Shown: positions 25,501 to 38,705, numbered from the whole stretch's first letter. The stretch: 62,572 nucleotides of DNA, filler included, from Circinaria calcarea (GCA_051942165.1; 17 parts of 17 records of this genome joined end to end with filler, not necessarily neighbours in it), one strand, 5' to 3'. Notes: generated from the letters alone by a model not told the origin. Numbers and translations are program-made.

Positions 25501-26041
25501 GTTGAGCGGGAGTATGCGAAAAGAAGGAGAGATATGTGAGTAGGGAGAGATGATTCTGTGCGCAAGAGGAGAGGTTCGGCAAGGTGAAATATGCGATGCG
25601 ATTGTTTACCTTGGCTTGGAGCCCATGGTTCAATGATACGCGCCACGGTTGTCACATGTGAAACTCACAATCGCGAGGGGTCTGAGGGGTCGCGCCTAAG
25701 CTCGTTTGGTGTGATGACCCCTTAATTCCACCGTACTCGCCCGCCCCCCTGGCCCAAAATTACTAAACCCCCGCTATTCAAAATTAATCCCCTGCNNNNN
25801 NNNNNNNNNNNNNNNNNNNNNNNNNNNNNNNNNNNNNNNTTAATTAATTAANNNNNNNNNNNNNNNNNNNNNNNNNNNNNNNNNNNNNNNNNNNNTCTTG
25901 TATGCCCTGATGACGCCGCGCTAATACCACATCAATCTTGAATGAGACTCCCGTCTAATTCAGACTGGGACCTCCACAAACATCGTACACATCTATTGCC
26001 GTCTACTCCTACTTTTGCATTTGAGCTGTAAGGAAACCCCT

Positions 26042-26450
26042 TCACTTCTTCCCGGCACTCTCGGCCTGCTTTTTCGCGTTCGCTACCACGTCCTATCAGC
26101 GCTGCCGCGTGCCCATTTCAAGCTCGCACTCCCATCTTACCTTCTTCCTGTTTTTGCCTCATGATCGCCGCCTGTTGTTCCTTTGTGCGTTGGAATTCAG
26201 TACCGGTTTGCTGTCATGCTGATAAGTAACGGACTTGCTCGTAAAGGGTGGAAAGGGGCACGCGAGGGCGTACGGTATTCTTCTTTTTCTGCAAGAGAAA
26301 GGGGTTAGCTCTCGAAACACTAAACTGTTTTTCCGACGGTAGAAGAGGCGAAACGTGAAGGTAGAGGAAAAAGGGGAGAGAGCTCACGGCTCCGGCGGCC
26401 TCCTTCAGATTCTTCTCCCGGGCTTTGTCACGCTGGTTGCCTCGAGCCAT
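26042..26450 (-). CDS. Small EDRK-rich factor (SERF/4F5 family), 4 exons
   Basis: MARGNQRDKAREKN...|KKKNT|QTGTEFQRTKEQQAAIMRQKQEE|ANAKKQAESAGKK-stop. Confidence 0.9.
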
Positions 26451-27405
26451 GGGTTTCTGGGTGGAGGTGTCCGCAATGAGGGCCTAACGGGTGCAGCTGG
26501 GACGACTTGGTAGGTAGTTCTGATGTTTGGGGATGATGGTTCAGATATTAGTACATAGTGAAAGTCTGAGTGTCAGATTCCAATGGACGAATCAATGGCC
26601 GCGGCGCTAGCGGAGAACGGCATCTTTGGCACTCTCGACGACACAACACACAACACCCTCAGCTTCGAGATTATCTTACTCTCAGGTCTATATTGTATGG
26701 TGCCTTGGGGTAGCAAACTCTACGTCGCGAGCTACTTCTACCGAAAACGCGACTCTTCCACCAGGTAGCCGCCGAGGATGGGGTGAAACGTGTGGCCCAA
26801 AAACGGTCGGGGACCTTTGACCAGTCAGTCACCAACCACCATGGTTAAGCTGCAGGAGTCATCGTGTCGAGCGTCTGGCTCGACCGACGGCCTTCGATGT
26901 CTATAAGTGGAGATCACCAAGGGGCACGGGCGTCTTCACGCCGTGCATGATGGATCAACCAATCTAAGAGCTTCAATGGAGCTATCGCGCCCTTCAATAA
27001 GACGTGTCGATTCCGAACCGAAGCGATTGTGATACAATGAATCAATCCGAGTGATGACCCGATTCGGCGCGTCCATTGTGAATGTTCAAGAGATCCTTTG
27101 TCCGCTGCCTCTTCGATTCATTCTTGTCCATCTTTTCCTTATTCTGCCGTCGATCTCCCTCCTGTACCGTGTTTCCTTCTGTTATACTAACTTCACCTCC
27201 CAGCTTCATCACCGGCCCCATACTCGACTGCGTCGACACCAGCTTCGTTTCCTACAGTTTCCCCTTCTAACCACTGACCTTATTATCAACCACTGCTGAG
27301 CAGTCATCACCCTTTGCGACTACATCCACATTCCACATTCCACTTACCCTCTTTACAACATCCTCGTTTCTTTGCTTAGACCATCAACCTCACTCCATCA
27401 CCACG

Positions 27406-28321
27406 ATGCCTTTCTTTAAGAAGTCCCTGGCTGGTCCAGGCTACATTGTCCTTAATACCATTCGTGTCATGAACATTATCTGTCTCTTGGCCGTCATCGC
27501 AGCGAGCGCTGTCATGCTGGTCAAGACCTTTGTCGTTTCAAAATTCTTCTTCTTTGATGCAGTCAGTCACGTCATTACAGCTGCTCTGAGCGGTAAGCAA
27601 ATTTCCTATGACATTGTGGACGTATGAACTGACGTTCTTTTAGTCTTCCTAATCGTCTCTGAACTCCCCTTCTTCCGAGGTTACTTCTCCCGCAACTGGC
27701 CTCTCCTGAGCATGTCCTCCGGATTCGTTACTCTCGGCGTTTTCATGATCGTTGTCGGTGTCTCCATACTAGGGAACCTCAACAAAGAAGCCACGAGCCA
27801 AGATTCCCTTGGTCTTCCCTTCTGGCGCATCGTCATATCCTCTGGAATCATCGCCGTGGTTCTAGGAGTTGTAAACATCGTCGTCGTAAGTCTCTTTCCT
27901 CTTTTGCTTCTCCCTCATTTCCTCCTTTACCTCGTACCTAGTTCACTGCTGGAGACCTGGACTAACTGTGTGTTTCTAGAGCTTCATCTTCCGTAACCCT
28001 TGCCTCGGTGTAACTTCCCGCATGACCCGCTCCTACGGCGCCGTCGCCCCCCAGAAAGTCGACGACATAGTTCGCCGCTCCCCATCTGGTCGACACCGCC
28101 GCTCTTTCTACCTTAACCGCTCTGATACCCTACCGTCCTACCACACAAGCCCCAAGGCCAACCAAATGTCATCTACAAGTCCTGCTACCTGCGCGGGTGG
28201 GCTGAACATCTCAGCCCCTCTCAATGTCGATCAGAACCAGTTTGTCAAGTTCAACGGGAGTGATGAGATTAAGAGGCCGGATCTAGCTTGCCATCCAGCT
28301 CTTCAAGGAGGGAGATTTTAA
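27406..28321 (+). CDS. Conserved fungal 4-TM membrane protein with a Ser-rich cytosolic tail
   Basis: Hydrophobic ORFs 27406, 27712 and 28022 joined by introns at about 27593-27643 and 27886-27980. Confidence 0.75.
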
Positions 28322-28939
28322 TCTAAAGGAAGGGGATAAGGGGCGGTAGAACGCGTGGACGGATGATGGAACTGAGAGGTGATCCTGCGTTGTTGTAGTT
28401 ATGCAGATACATCAATAACGTCATTTCAACGGATCAAGAGCGGCATGCGCTCTTTGGCGTAATATTGTGTTCTTGGAGTATTCAAGCATGACTTACGAAT
28501 GCATGACTGTCTACCTACATGACTTACGTGGTGCATGATATTGAATACTCGCGGGCTTGCTTATGCCACCCCGGCGAACTGAATGTAGATTTTCCAAGGG
28601 ATTCGACCTCGTGTTGCGGTCTATGAACCGCTAAAAAAGATTTGAAGTGGATCTAACGAATGCGTAGGAGAGCAAGCCAGAGTCATACGATGTCAGATAC
28701 AAAGGCCTTGGCAAGCCTAAGCGGAATTTTCAAGTAAAGCTACCGTCTAGTAAGACATGACTCCGTATAGTTCGATCGACGTATAGAGCGTTCTCTTTCA
28801 GTTGTAGGATCAAAACTCCTGCTTTTTAACGCCCTTGGATATCAAGCGCCCTTCGAATGATTTAGAGAAAAAACCTGTGATGTTTCCAGTCGACCTTGAA
28901 GGAATGAAACAGCCGAAGTAGCATCAACGGCCCTAATAT

Positions 28940-29488
28940 TCACGGTTCACCCTGATCCGACCAATCTTGCGGGATCTCGAAGATGACCACCGCCAGTTCT
29001 CTTACATGCCTATCTTGCACTTCACTCAGCGCTTCCTTGATGTGCTTCACAGTCTCGGCCGAGAGTCCATCCCTTGATCGAGAGTAAATATCAATCCCGG
29101 CTGGAGTGAACAACGTCTTCATGAAATAAGTCACGACCCATTGCTCGCCTCCCTCTACACCGCCGTAGGAAAGGATGGCCCAGTGCGAGGAGACCAATGA
29201 CAGCAGGCCTTTGCCTTTCCAATTCCATGCTCCGGTGTTGGTGGGCCCGCTCGCGGTATCAATCCCATGAACCGTTTTGACCTTGTTAGACGTAAGTGTT
29301 TGATAGGTAACCATGTCGTCGAGTCGAATAGCTCCGTTAGAGGCGGATGGGAGATGTTTGTAAGTGACGGTGACGTTGCGCTTCCCACTCCAGAGCGGTA
29401 GAGTGGAGTGCGTGATGTACCAAGTACCGGCGGATAGCCATTCGGGCGCTGGTGGAGTGAAATTCTCGAGAGCTTTGGAGTCCGACAT
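28940..29488 (-). CDS. Lipocalin/calycin-like protein
   Basis: SCR1-like GTWYITHSTLPLW motif, WKGKGLL and TLFTPAGIDIYSR. Confidence 0.75.
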   Translation of the reverse strand: MSDSKALENFTPPAPEWLSAGTWYITHSTLPLWSGKRNVTVTYKHLPSASNGAIRLDDMVTYQTLTSNKVKTVHGIDTASGPTNTGAWNWKGKGLLSLVSSHWAILSYGGVEGGEQWVVTYFMKTLFTPAGIDIYSRSRDGLSAETVKHIKEALSEVQDRHVRELAVVIFEIPQDWSDQGEP

Positions 29489-29678
29489 ANNNNNNNNNNN
29501 NNNNNNNNNNNNNNNNNNNNNNNNNNNNNNNNNTTAATTAATTAANNNNNNNNNNNNNNNNNNNNNNNNNNNNNNNNNNNNNNNNNNNNGTTCAGGGGGA
29601 GGGGTTAGTTGGGGGGTTCTTAGGTTGTTATGGTTTGAAGGAGGGGAGGGAGAAGGAAAGGGGAAAAGGGGGAAGTAC

Positions 29679-29883
29679 AGATGCGTCGGTCGGCCTTTGG
29701 TTGGTTTTTGCCGCGGGCGAGGGTTGGGGATGTGGTGCTGAAGGGCGAGGTAATGGACGATGAGATCTTGGGTTGGAGGGAAGGTCGTGGCAGGTTGGGG
29801 CGGATCAGCCTGATGGTAGTCGGAGATCGGAGAGGTATCTGAAAAGTATTCACGAGTGGTTGGAATAGTGACGAGTGCTTCAT
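29679..29883 (-). CDS. First exon of a probable mitochondrial ribosomal protein (mL40/MRPL28-like; 3' partial)
   Basis: Presequence-like ...PFSTTSPTLARGKNQPKADRRI followed by a GT donor and a CTAAC branch site near the contig edge. Confidence 0.45.
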
Positions 29884-30455
29884 GATGGGAATCCTGGCTT
29901 TCGTATATAAGACGAACAGAAATTCGGAGGTGCATCAGGGTATATTTACTGTCAGCCCTACACTAATCTTAATTGAGGTTTCTGTCTTGGGTCGTCAGAT
30001 ATTGAGGCGTGAAATTTAAGCTTCACTTAAACTCTAACTCAACCGATCAACCGGACATCCTTGGGTGGGATCACCAAATTGGGGCTGCTCCATCATCGTC
30101 AAACATTGATGTGTGTACCATAGGAAGCGGCTGCAAAGAAAAATAATTCCCTCTCGACAAAGTACCACGAACTACGCCCATGGAAAGGATGTGATAGGCT
30201 GCTGCTCATCTTTTCTCTATTACTCCGTCGAGCACCGATTCCCTTCAATGAAGACCAGACCCACCAACCATAGTGATTGTTGACCTGTCTACACCTTGAC
30301 ACTGTGCGACCAACGAGTTGTAACTCTTCTCAACTGCCACGCTATTCTTCAATTTGTTCTTGGTCTGTGTGAATTTGCGTAAAAATTACTAAATATCAAC
30401 TGCGTTGGGTGCTGAGTGTTATTATTTCCCTCTTTCCGTCCATCTCTGAAGTCAA

Positions 30456-31223
30456 ATGGAGGACCTCAACGCCTCTCCCTTTCTACGTCTCCCAGCCGAA
30501 ATCAGACAAGAAATATACAGACATGCTTTACCATATTCCGCCCATAAAGCTGGAGCTGCAATCCTCACCTGGCACCCAAACGGCGGTACGTCCATCCTCC
30601 GTGCCAACTGGTTCGTCTACAACGAAGCAGTCAAGATCCTTTACACGGAAAATACCTTTCAGATATGGATAGGACCTCGCGGCGAGTGCCATGAAACATC
30701 AGCACAAATCCACTACGCGAGCACTTGCCTATCTTTGGGCCAATACTCCGTATCCCTCCGACATCACCCAATACCAGATCGCTTCAAAGCCATAAGACAC
30801 TTTTACCTCCATATTCCGAAGAAAACCGAGGACCAACATCTTCCCGGCAGCTTTTGGCTTGGGTACCCATCGGACACTCTTTTCATGATAGACATCCTTA
30901 GGGAAGGATTACCGATCGCGGTCAAGTTCCTGAACCAAGTAAAGCAGATATCCACCCTAATGGTCAGCGCTCGGATCTTGAGGATGTACAGCAAACCTTT
31001 TGGGCTCAGTATCCTGCTGGAAGCTTTTGGTGCGCTTGCTGGTGTTGGAAAAGCCACCCTGCATTCAATTTCAGAGGACCATATTCCGGAAGCCATTTTC
31101 AAGGAGCTGAAGAGACACCTTGAGGCTCCCAGAAGTACAGCCGTTGGAACAAAGAGGTCACAAGAGGCAGAACCTGCCAAAGTATTGGCCCGTATGGGTA
31201 GTGTCCCTAAACGGCGGCGTTGA
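30456..31223 (+). CDS. F-box-like (LRLPAEIR) hypothetical protein
   Basis: SPFLRLPAEIRQEIYRHAL...ILRANWFVYNEAVKILYTENTF. Confidence 0.75.
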   Translation: MEDLNASPFLRLPAEIRQEIYRHALPYSAHKAGAAILTWHPNGGTSILRANWFVYNEAVKILYTENTFQIWIGPRGECHETSAQIHYASTCLSLGQYSVSLRHHPIPDRFKAIRHFYLHIPKKTEDQHLPGSFWLGYPSDTLFMIDILREGLPIAVKFLNQVKQISTLMVSARILRMYSKPFGLSILLEAFGALAGVGKATLHSISEDHIPEAIFKELKRHLEAPRSTAVGTKRSQEAEPAKVLARMGSVPKRRR

Positions 31224-32593
31224 AAGATAGCGCTGGCGGTAGGAGGCTACCAAGCCGAGCAATCATCAGATCAGTTTAGGTAGATTCTCCCAATTGCACC
31301 GTCTCCCTAGAACAGGTCTATTTTCGATAGAACGATCGACTCCTAGCTGAATCCATTAAACCTGAGGTAGTACTATCTCACGACACGGAGAATCGCCTCT
31401 TGAGGGCAGAAACACAAACCTCAAAAGGCTGTCTCTACAGAGACTAAGCAAGATCAATCTCAAATTCATGAAAAAGCCAACCCTTCCTCTCTACATTCCA
31501 TATCCACAGTCCATAAGACATGCCTAAACCTCCTGTACCACATAGGGGCATTCAACTCCATCCCTTCTTCCTCCCCCTTCCCCATCCTCCCTACCCAACT
31601 AACCTAAGCCTCCAACCTACCCGTTATCTCGGCCCCTTTCCCCTCTTCAACTCAAACCCCCCATCCATGTACAGAAAAGTTCCGCACCCGAAGAATCTAA
31701 ATTCAAAACAACCCAAACAACCCAAGCATCCCAAACAAAAACAAAACCAACCCACCAAAACAACACTGCCACCACGCGTGCGTTGCACAAATTTGCTTAA
31801 TGCTTAAATGCTTTATCTTGCCTCTGCATTCCCCTTCCCTCCCCCTCCCCTCTTTCGTCATCTTCTCTTTGTATAGTACTATACTCACCCACCACCCCGC
31901 CCCCTCTTTTTCTTCAAACCCCACGCAAAAAGTAAAATGTACCGCGGATCCTCAACCGAACCAACCTCACCTCACCTCGACTGACACTGATCTATACAGA
32001 ATACAGGATACAGGATCCCCAACCCAACCCAATTCGGGATCCGGGGTTCCAAGATTCCTCCCCGTACAAATTCCTCCCTTTCCCTTTCCCTTTCCACCAG
32101 GTTCTTTTGCAACTCGAACCTACAAAACTGGAAATCCCATTGGGAGGGGAGGGGAAATAAAGGAGATGATTGGTGCTTCCTCACCAAGGTAAGAAAAATT
32201 TAGATTAGATTAGACAGAGGGAGGAATACCATGCATACGGGTTCCAGTGTGTTCATTTGTTCAAGTGTTCACTATCCCTATTTTGGTATAATATCCGCTC
32301 TGTACGAAAATTCCCGGAGGCGCGCGCGAAGAGCAGCAGTAACAACAGCAACAAAAAAGCCCTCTCCTCCCCCCAACCAAGAATTTCGCAATTATCGTTT
32401 CAAAAATGTCAATTATACCTCCCCTGTTTGCTTTTGGGATATATCATCAAAGCAAGAAACAAACTTTTTTTCATCAAACGCTACCCTCCCAAAACAGAAC
32501 AGAACGCCCTTTTGCAAAGTCAGTATACAGCAGAACCATGTTAGCCTACATAATCGTTCCGAGACATAAAGCAAAAGAAAGAAATTGCAAGGT

Positions 32594-33179
32594 TTAAAGC
32601 CCGGACCGTTGTTTCCTGATTGCTTTTCGTTCTTGCTCCTTAGCTATATCCCCAATGTCAGTATACCGCGGTGCACTTTAAGAGCTCAAGAAAATAAGCA
32701 TAAGCATACCCTCATCATAAATCAAAAACTCATGCAGCGCCTTTCCTGCCGGCACCATCGGTAGCACAGGGACCTTCTTATCCGTCACCACTTCCAAAAG
32801 AGCCGGGCCCTCGCTATTGATCAACCAGTCCAACTTGGCATTGACGTCTCCGGGCGCGATGCATCGTTGAGCCTGTACTCCCATTGCTTCTGCTAACTTG
32901 ACAAAATCTGGATTCTTCTGGTGCGTGTGAGCGAACCGATCTTCGTAGAAGAGACTTTGCCATTGGGTGACCATGCCTTGCTCCTCGTTGTTGAGAATAA
33001 TGACCTTGACGCCGATGTTGAACTGGGCTGCTGTTGACAGCTCGGTCAAGGTCATGTTGAAGGAGGCATCGCCGTCGATATCGACCACGAGAGCATCGGG
33101 CTGTGCGACCTTGGCGCCTATTGCGGATGGGAGTCCGAAACCCATCGTACCGAGTCCACCAGACGTAATCATTGTGCGG
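32594..33179 (-). CDS. ILV2: Acetolactate synthase catalytic subunit, C-terminus (5' partial)
   Basis: SGGLGTMGFGLP and TPP-binding motif GDASFNM...NNEEQGMVTQWQ; intron 32644-32709. Confidence 0.95.
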
Positions 33180-33311
33180 NNNNNNNNNNNNNNNNNNNNN
33201 NNNNNNNNNNNNNNNNNNNNNNNTTAATTAATTAANNNNNNNNNNNNNNNNNNNNNNNNNNNNNNNNNNNNNNNNNNNNGCCTACTAAAGACTCCTTCAA
33301 AATCTGAATAC

Positions 33312-36212
33312 TTGATAGGCGGTTCATCAACTCACAACAGGTCGGTATCAGCGCAAAGCGCTGCTACGACAGACAGCTGTGCTATCACCACCCACAGCAA
33401 GCTTTGTTATGATCCTCTAAGCTTTCCAAATCTTCATATTCGGACAACCCCAGTCCGTCGCACTTCCAGCATTAATGCACAAGTTCACGCAGGTATTATA
33501 TACCAGGAAGACCAAGAAGTCTTACCCAAGACACGCCAATCGTCAAGATCCCTTTCCGGATGTTCCGTAGAAGTACAGCCCCCAAGTCCAACAAAGGAGC
33601 AAATTCTGGTGGAGGACGAGTTCTCCATGGACTGTACTCCAACGGAAAAACAAATGGAAACTTCTCAACCGCCTCTATTGGTCGCTTTACCAGAGACAAG
33701 CACAACACAGCAGGGTGATCTGGACCAGAAACACGGCCTGGGTAGTCCAAGACGTTCATCCAGCATGTGCGCGCCTGATGGGGACTTCTATCTTGGTGAT
33801 ACAGAGCCTGATATATGTGATTCGCCAGAGCCTATCCCTCCTCCTTATTATGAGAGGCGATTGGAGAGCTTCGTGTCACAAGGACTCATTCCTCGAGAGG
33901 CGATCCCTCAGGTGAGCAGTTTGATCGATCGGTTGACGCCCCCTCGTCTCTCTCCTTCCGCCGAAGTACTACAAACTTCTGCCGTCCGCAGGAACAGTAT
34001 CACAAAAGCGGACACATTATACACTGCTAGTCCAGAAACGCCATCGATTTCGAGAAAGGCGTCCCACGTTGAGATCTCCAGCGTCGGACAGACAACAACT
34101 GCAAGCAGCGCGTCACCGAGTCTTCCAGTGAACAGCCTATCTCAGATACCACTTCACGAGTCAGATTTGGTGACCTTGTCAACCTCTTGGTTTGAATCCT
34201 TCAGACCTACCAGTGTTGATGAAGCTGGCACTATGTCACCGAGATTTTCTTTGGACATTTTGCCCCAGATGCCATTTGATGAGGAAGACATTGTGCCGTT
34301 ACCAACCTCTTGGTTTGAGAGAGAAGCGTCCAACGATAAGACCTCTACAACCGGACGAGTTGCTGTTACGAGTGGTATGTCACCGAATCTCCCAATGGAC
34401 ATCTTACCACAAATCCCATTTGACGAAACAGATGTTGTGCCTCTACCAATCTCCTGGTTTGAGAGAAGAACATCCAATGAGAAGGCTTCTATAGTCGGAC
34501 GGAATGCTATTGCCACTAGCATCTCACCGAATCTCCCAATGGATATCTCCTCCCAAATGCCACTTAAAGAATCGGATTTGGTCACCTTTTCAACCTCTTG
34601 GTTCGAATCTTTCAGACCCGCTAACATTGATGAAGTTGGCAGTATGTCACCGGGGTTTTCTATGGACATCCTGCCCCAGATGCCATTTGACGAAGCGGAA
34701 ACTGTGCCCTTCCCAACATCCTGGTTTGAATCGAGCCAACCTTACGGCATTGATGAATTTGGTCTCCCGCCTTTGTCCCCACCCTTGAAACGAGAAGAGA
34801 GATCAAAGCAAGCCATCAAGGATGCTTTCTTACCCTTAATGAACACCCACGTCCAGGATGCTTCTAATCTTGAGACAGAGTTCATTGCTGCCCGATTGCC
34901 GGCATTTGGGCCATCCAGAGTAGACCACAATACTACCCAAGCTGCAGAGAACCTCCAATCTGATCATGGAGAGATAACTAAGCAGGTGGAGAGTTTCCCA
35001 AACAGTGACCAACCCACAATAAGCCCAACGAAGGCACCAATAGGACCTATGGGCCTAAGTCCCCAGACTTCTCCGCTGGCAATATTAGCTAGCGAATGTT
35101 CCAGAAAGAGGAGCTGGAAGATGAGAGAAACGAGTGCTGATAGTGAACAGTCCACCTATGAAGCTGTAGGAACACTGAAGCCAGTGCTCGTAACAAGCAG
35201 CGTCAAGAAAGGCGTGTGGTGGAACAGGCATAAGCTACCGTCTGACGAGTTAGACTCGCCGTTAGGGAAGAAAGCCAAGAAGCAAGAGGGTTCGGATTTA
35301 CTGCCTCGAGGAAAGACACCGGCAAATATTCTAGAGGATGGCGTAAGGGCTACTGAGGACACTATGGTCATAAAGCCGCTTATGTTGCTCGAGCAATTAT
35401 CTAAAAGCGAGAAGCAGAGCGTGGAGGAACCAAGTAAAAACTCGGATCAGAACATGGAGGAGCCGAGCAAAGGCGAGGACCAGAGTATAGAGGAGCCAAG
35501 TAAAGGCGAGGACCAGAACATGGAAGAACCGACCAAAGGCGAGGATCAAACGGGAAGCGTACAAATTCACAACATGTTTACGGATGACTCGAAATTTGAA
35601 AAGGAGCAACGAAGCATTATCTCGACAGACGAAGAGACAGAAACACCGACCAAGGAGCATCAGGTACGTACGGATGACTCAAAGGTCGAACAGGATCACC
35701 GGAGCACTGGCTTGGACGACAAGAAGATACTACCCGAGCAGAGTCCGGTATGCACGGATGACTCGAAACCCGAAGAGGAGAACCAAAGCATTGTCTTGAC
35801 AGGCGATGAGACACTACCTAAGGAGATTTCAGTACGTATGGATGACTCCAAACTCGAAAAGAAGCATCGAAGCACTGTCTCGGAGGACAACAAGACACCA
35901 ATCAAGCAGAGTCCGGTACGTGAGCAAGATCTAATCTATATTTGCATAAAGTTACTGACGCTATAGGAGCAAGATCAAGAAATCAATCGGATCATCGACT
36001 CCCTCTCTGAAAGCCTCTCCTGGAAGGGTACACCGAAAATCCAAATCCAAATCCAAAAAAGGGAATCAGCAATGGAGTCCTCAGAGGGGAAAAAGATGGT
36101 GAAGAGAGACGATCCGAACTTTGGCGTCGTCGATGCATTTCTGCGTGTAGTGAAGCACGTCCGTCGGGATTTTTCTGGGACGTCGGCGGTTTCCACGGAG
36201 GGAGACTTTTGA
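33312..36212 (+). CDS. Large low-complexity protein with several internal repeat families (possibly 5' partial)
   Basis: 884-aa ORF plus a terminal exon 35967-36212 after intron 35916-35966 (GTACGT..CTGAC..TAG). Confidence 0.7.
34140..34735 (+). repeat. Five coding repeats of PQ(M/I)P(F/L)xE..V...SWFE, with a higher-order duplication
   Basis: TCT/TCC-TGG-TTT/TTC-GAA/GAG core seen five times; units 1-2 resemble units 4-5. Confidence 0.85.
35418..35550 (+). repeat. 33-nt coding tandem repeat (EEPSKGEDQ[NS][MI]) x4
   Basis: Visible in both DNA and protein. Confidence 0.85.
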
Positions 36213-36965
36213 TTCGGTTGTTGGAGCTAGAAGCGAGTGTTCTTGCTGTTGAAGGAGAATGGTGGAGGAGGTTAAGTTGTTGGGGTCAGGGTGCTTTGGC
36301 ATTGTTTTGGGAGTAACAGTTGGAATCCCGTATTCCCTACCGACGGTACCTTTTTCTTCTGAAAGTCTTTGTTTTCTTCCGCTTTGGTTGTATACCTATT
36401 TTGTCCTGATGGGCATTGAGTGGCGCTAGGCATCCGATTGGAGCTACTCGCAGCGGCTTTGAGATGCTTAACTTTTGTATGTTTAGTCTGCAAGTCCTTT
36501 TTCCGTCCTTTACGAGCGGCTTTCAAGAACGAAGCTAGAATAGGTATAGAAGGCGCTGTCTTTTGAGAGTTTGTGTATCCATAGTTTGTTGACGGTTTGT
36601 ACATAGAATAACCTTGAAATTCTATAAAGAATCCAGCAGCATAGAAGAAACGCTTTATTACAAAGTTGCAACTTCGTTCCTTGATGGTTTTGGACTCCTA
36701 CGCATTTGCAAATTGCAGTTTCATGCCCCGTCTGGTCTAGTTATTGATTGGGAATTTGGGATCTCGGCCTATTTTTCCGTGTTCGTATCATTTTCCTTCA
36801 TGCTCTAATCTTGCAGTTCTTACATGTATGGGGGTTGGGGGAGAGGGGGATTGGGATGAAAGNNNNNNNNNNNNNNNNNNNNNNNNNNNNNNNNNNNNNN
36901 NNNNNNTTAATTAATTAANNNNNNNNNNNNNNNNNNNNNNNNNNNNNNNNNNNNNNNNNNNNTGT

Positions 36966-38396
36966 TCAACCATCCACCCGTCGATCACGAACCTCATCCA
37001 TGCATCGGAGGAGCCACTCGCCTGACATGAATTGTCGTGGTTCTTGGCCTGATTTATTCCGCTCCGCTATTTCCGCTATTGCCCAAGCAACGATTTCTGG
37101 GTCGTCAGGATTGATATCGATTTCGTTTGCACGTATCAGTCGACAAACTATCTCTTCGGAGTCGCGAGTAGGATGGTCTGTACTTAGGACTGCGAGCCTG
37201 AGATGTTCGGTGGTGGGAATCACACCGATTGGTTCGACACTTTCGATAGTGGTCGTCCAAGCTATGCCCCTTCCGTATTCCCAGAAGCTTTGCGGGTCTT
37301 TGGGCTTGGTCTCTGAGATGTTCCCGTCCTTGTCTATCTCAAAGGGTAAGACATCCGAGCCGTCTAGATGCAGATCGCCGTCGCTGTACTTATCGAAGTG
37401 GCCAGGACCGACCAAAGCCGTGACGGCGAGAAGGTTCTGTTCCCTAATGGCATCTTCTAGGCCCACCGATGCTATCTCACCGCTTGTACTGTTCACCCAG
37501 TCTATACCTGCTTCGCTATCTAACAGCATCTTGAGATAATCACCTTTCTCCTGCGTCCACGGTCCATGAAGTAACTTCTCCGGTATGTCACAGCCGCCAA
37601 GCCTTCCTGGGAATTCGTACATGGACTCTGCCTCTATCTTCGTTTCATCTCCGTGAGGTATTACGATCTCTACTCCACTCTTCCCTTCGCCCCAAAGGAA
37701 CACTTGTAACTTCCTGCCGTCGGCCACTGTCCAGTTCACCTGTGGTTGATCGTCGAAGAAATCGTCGTACGGCAACCCAAAACGTCGTTCGCACAGGATC
37801 CCTAAGAATCGGTGACCGACATGAAGGTATCTAGCAAAGGTTTCTCGGATATCTTTGATAATGGCAGCTTGAACATCCTCAGGGGCGCCGCAGGCGAACC
37901 TTTGGGACTCTCGAATGGCAGTCTGAGTAAGGTATAGCTTTTGACAATGCTTGAAAAATGGATATGTAAGCCATCGTTGCCTGAGGAGGGCGGACTGGAG
38001 CTTTCTATCCGGCAGAGTCGAAGATTGAGACGCGAACGCTTCGATGACAAGCCTTGTCTTCGTATGACTTGATGAGAGTGCCGCGGATAGGCGTGGAGAT
38101 GCGCTTGGTAGGTTAAGATTACCGCACAAGATGAAGATATCCTGAAGCAGCTCTAAAGGTAATAATTCTAGACGCGACAACCTGGACGATTTTGAGGTAG
38201 CCACGACTCGAGCCTTGGTCTTAGTGTTTCTTATTTGCGTGTGGACTAAAGTAGGAATAGATGAAGACGTCGTGTTCTTCAGAGGACGACCTCGAGGCAG
38301 TTTGGTGGTTATACCCAAGAGCTTCTTCTCGCGTGGTGTTTTGCGTTTGTTTTTACCACGTACCCGGACGGGAGTGAGGTCGGAAAGCTGTACCAT
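36966..38396 (-). CDS. F-box-like protein with an N-terminal AT-hook-like motif
   Basis: KLPRGRPLK followed by LSRLELLPLELLQDIFILC. Confidence 0.7.
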   Translation of the reverse strand: MVQLSDLTPVRVRGKNKRKTPREKKLLGITTKLPRGRPLKNTTSSSIPTLVHTQIRNTKTKARVVATSKSSRLSRLELLPLELLQDIFILCGNLNLPSASPRLSAALSSSHTKTRLVIEAFASQSSTLPDRKLQSALLRQRWLTYPFFKHCQKLYLTQTAIRESQRFACGAPEDVQAAIIKDIRETFARYLHVGHRFLGILCERRFGLPYDDFFDDQPQVNWTVADGRKLQVFLWGEGKSGVEIVIPHGDETKIEAESMYEFPGRLGGCDIPEKLLHGPWTQEKGDYLKMLLDSEAGIDWVNSTSGEIASVGLEDAIREQNLLAVTALVGPGHFDKYSDGDLHLDGSDVLPFEIDKDGNISETKPKDPQSFWEYGRGIAWTTTIESVEPIGVIPTTEHLRLAVLSTDHPTRDSEEIVCRLIRANEIDINPDDPEIVAWAIAEIAERNKSGQEPRQFMSGEWLLRCMDEVRDRRVDG

Positions 38397-38705
38397 GACA
38401 ATGTAGAAATGAATGAGTCTTTATTCACGCGTCCTGTTCACAGTCGTACCAATACCTCCCTATCTATCATTTTACAGGGTTAGCGCTTGAAGATAGCCGT
38501 TTTACCAGTACTGGTAAGCTCGGCATCTACCGAAGCGAAGCTTAGTGTAGTGGGTGGCAATTCCCGGAGACAATCCCCCGCCAAGTTCAGATGACTAAAT
38601 AAAACTGCGACTCTGCGCTATCATGGCCCAGTCCGAGTCTCTGAGTAAGACCATGGCCATCTTCTGGATTGGGTATGTCCGGTTTGGCAGCAATTTATTA
38701 CCGGG

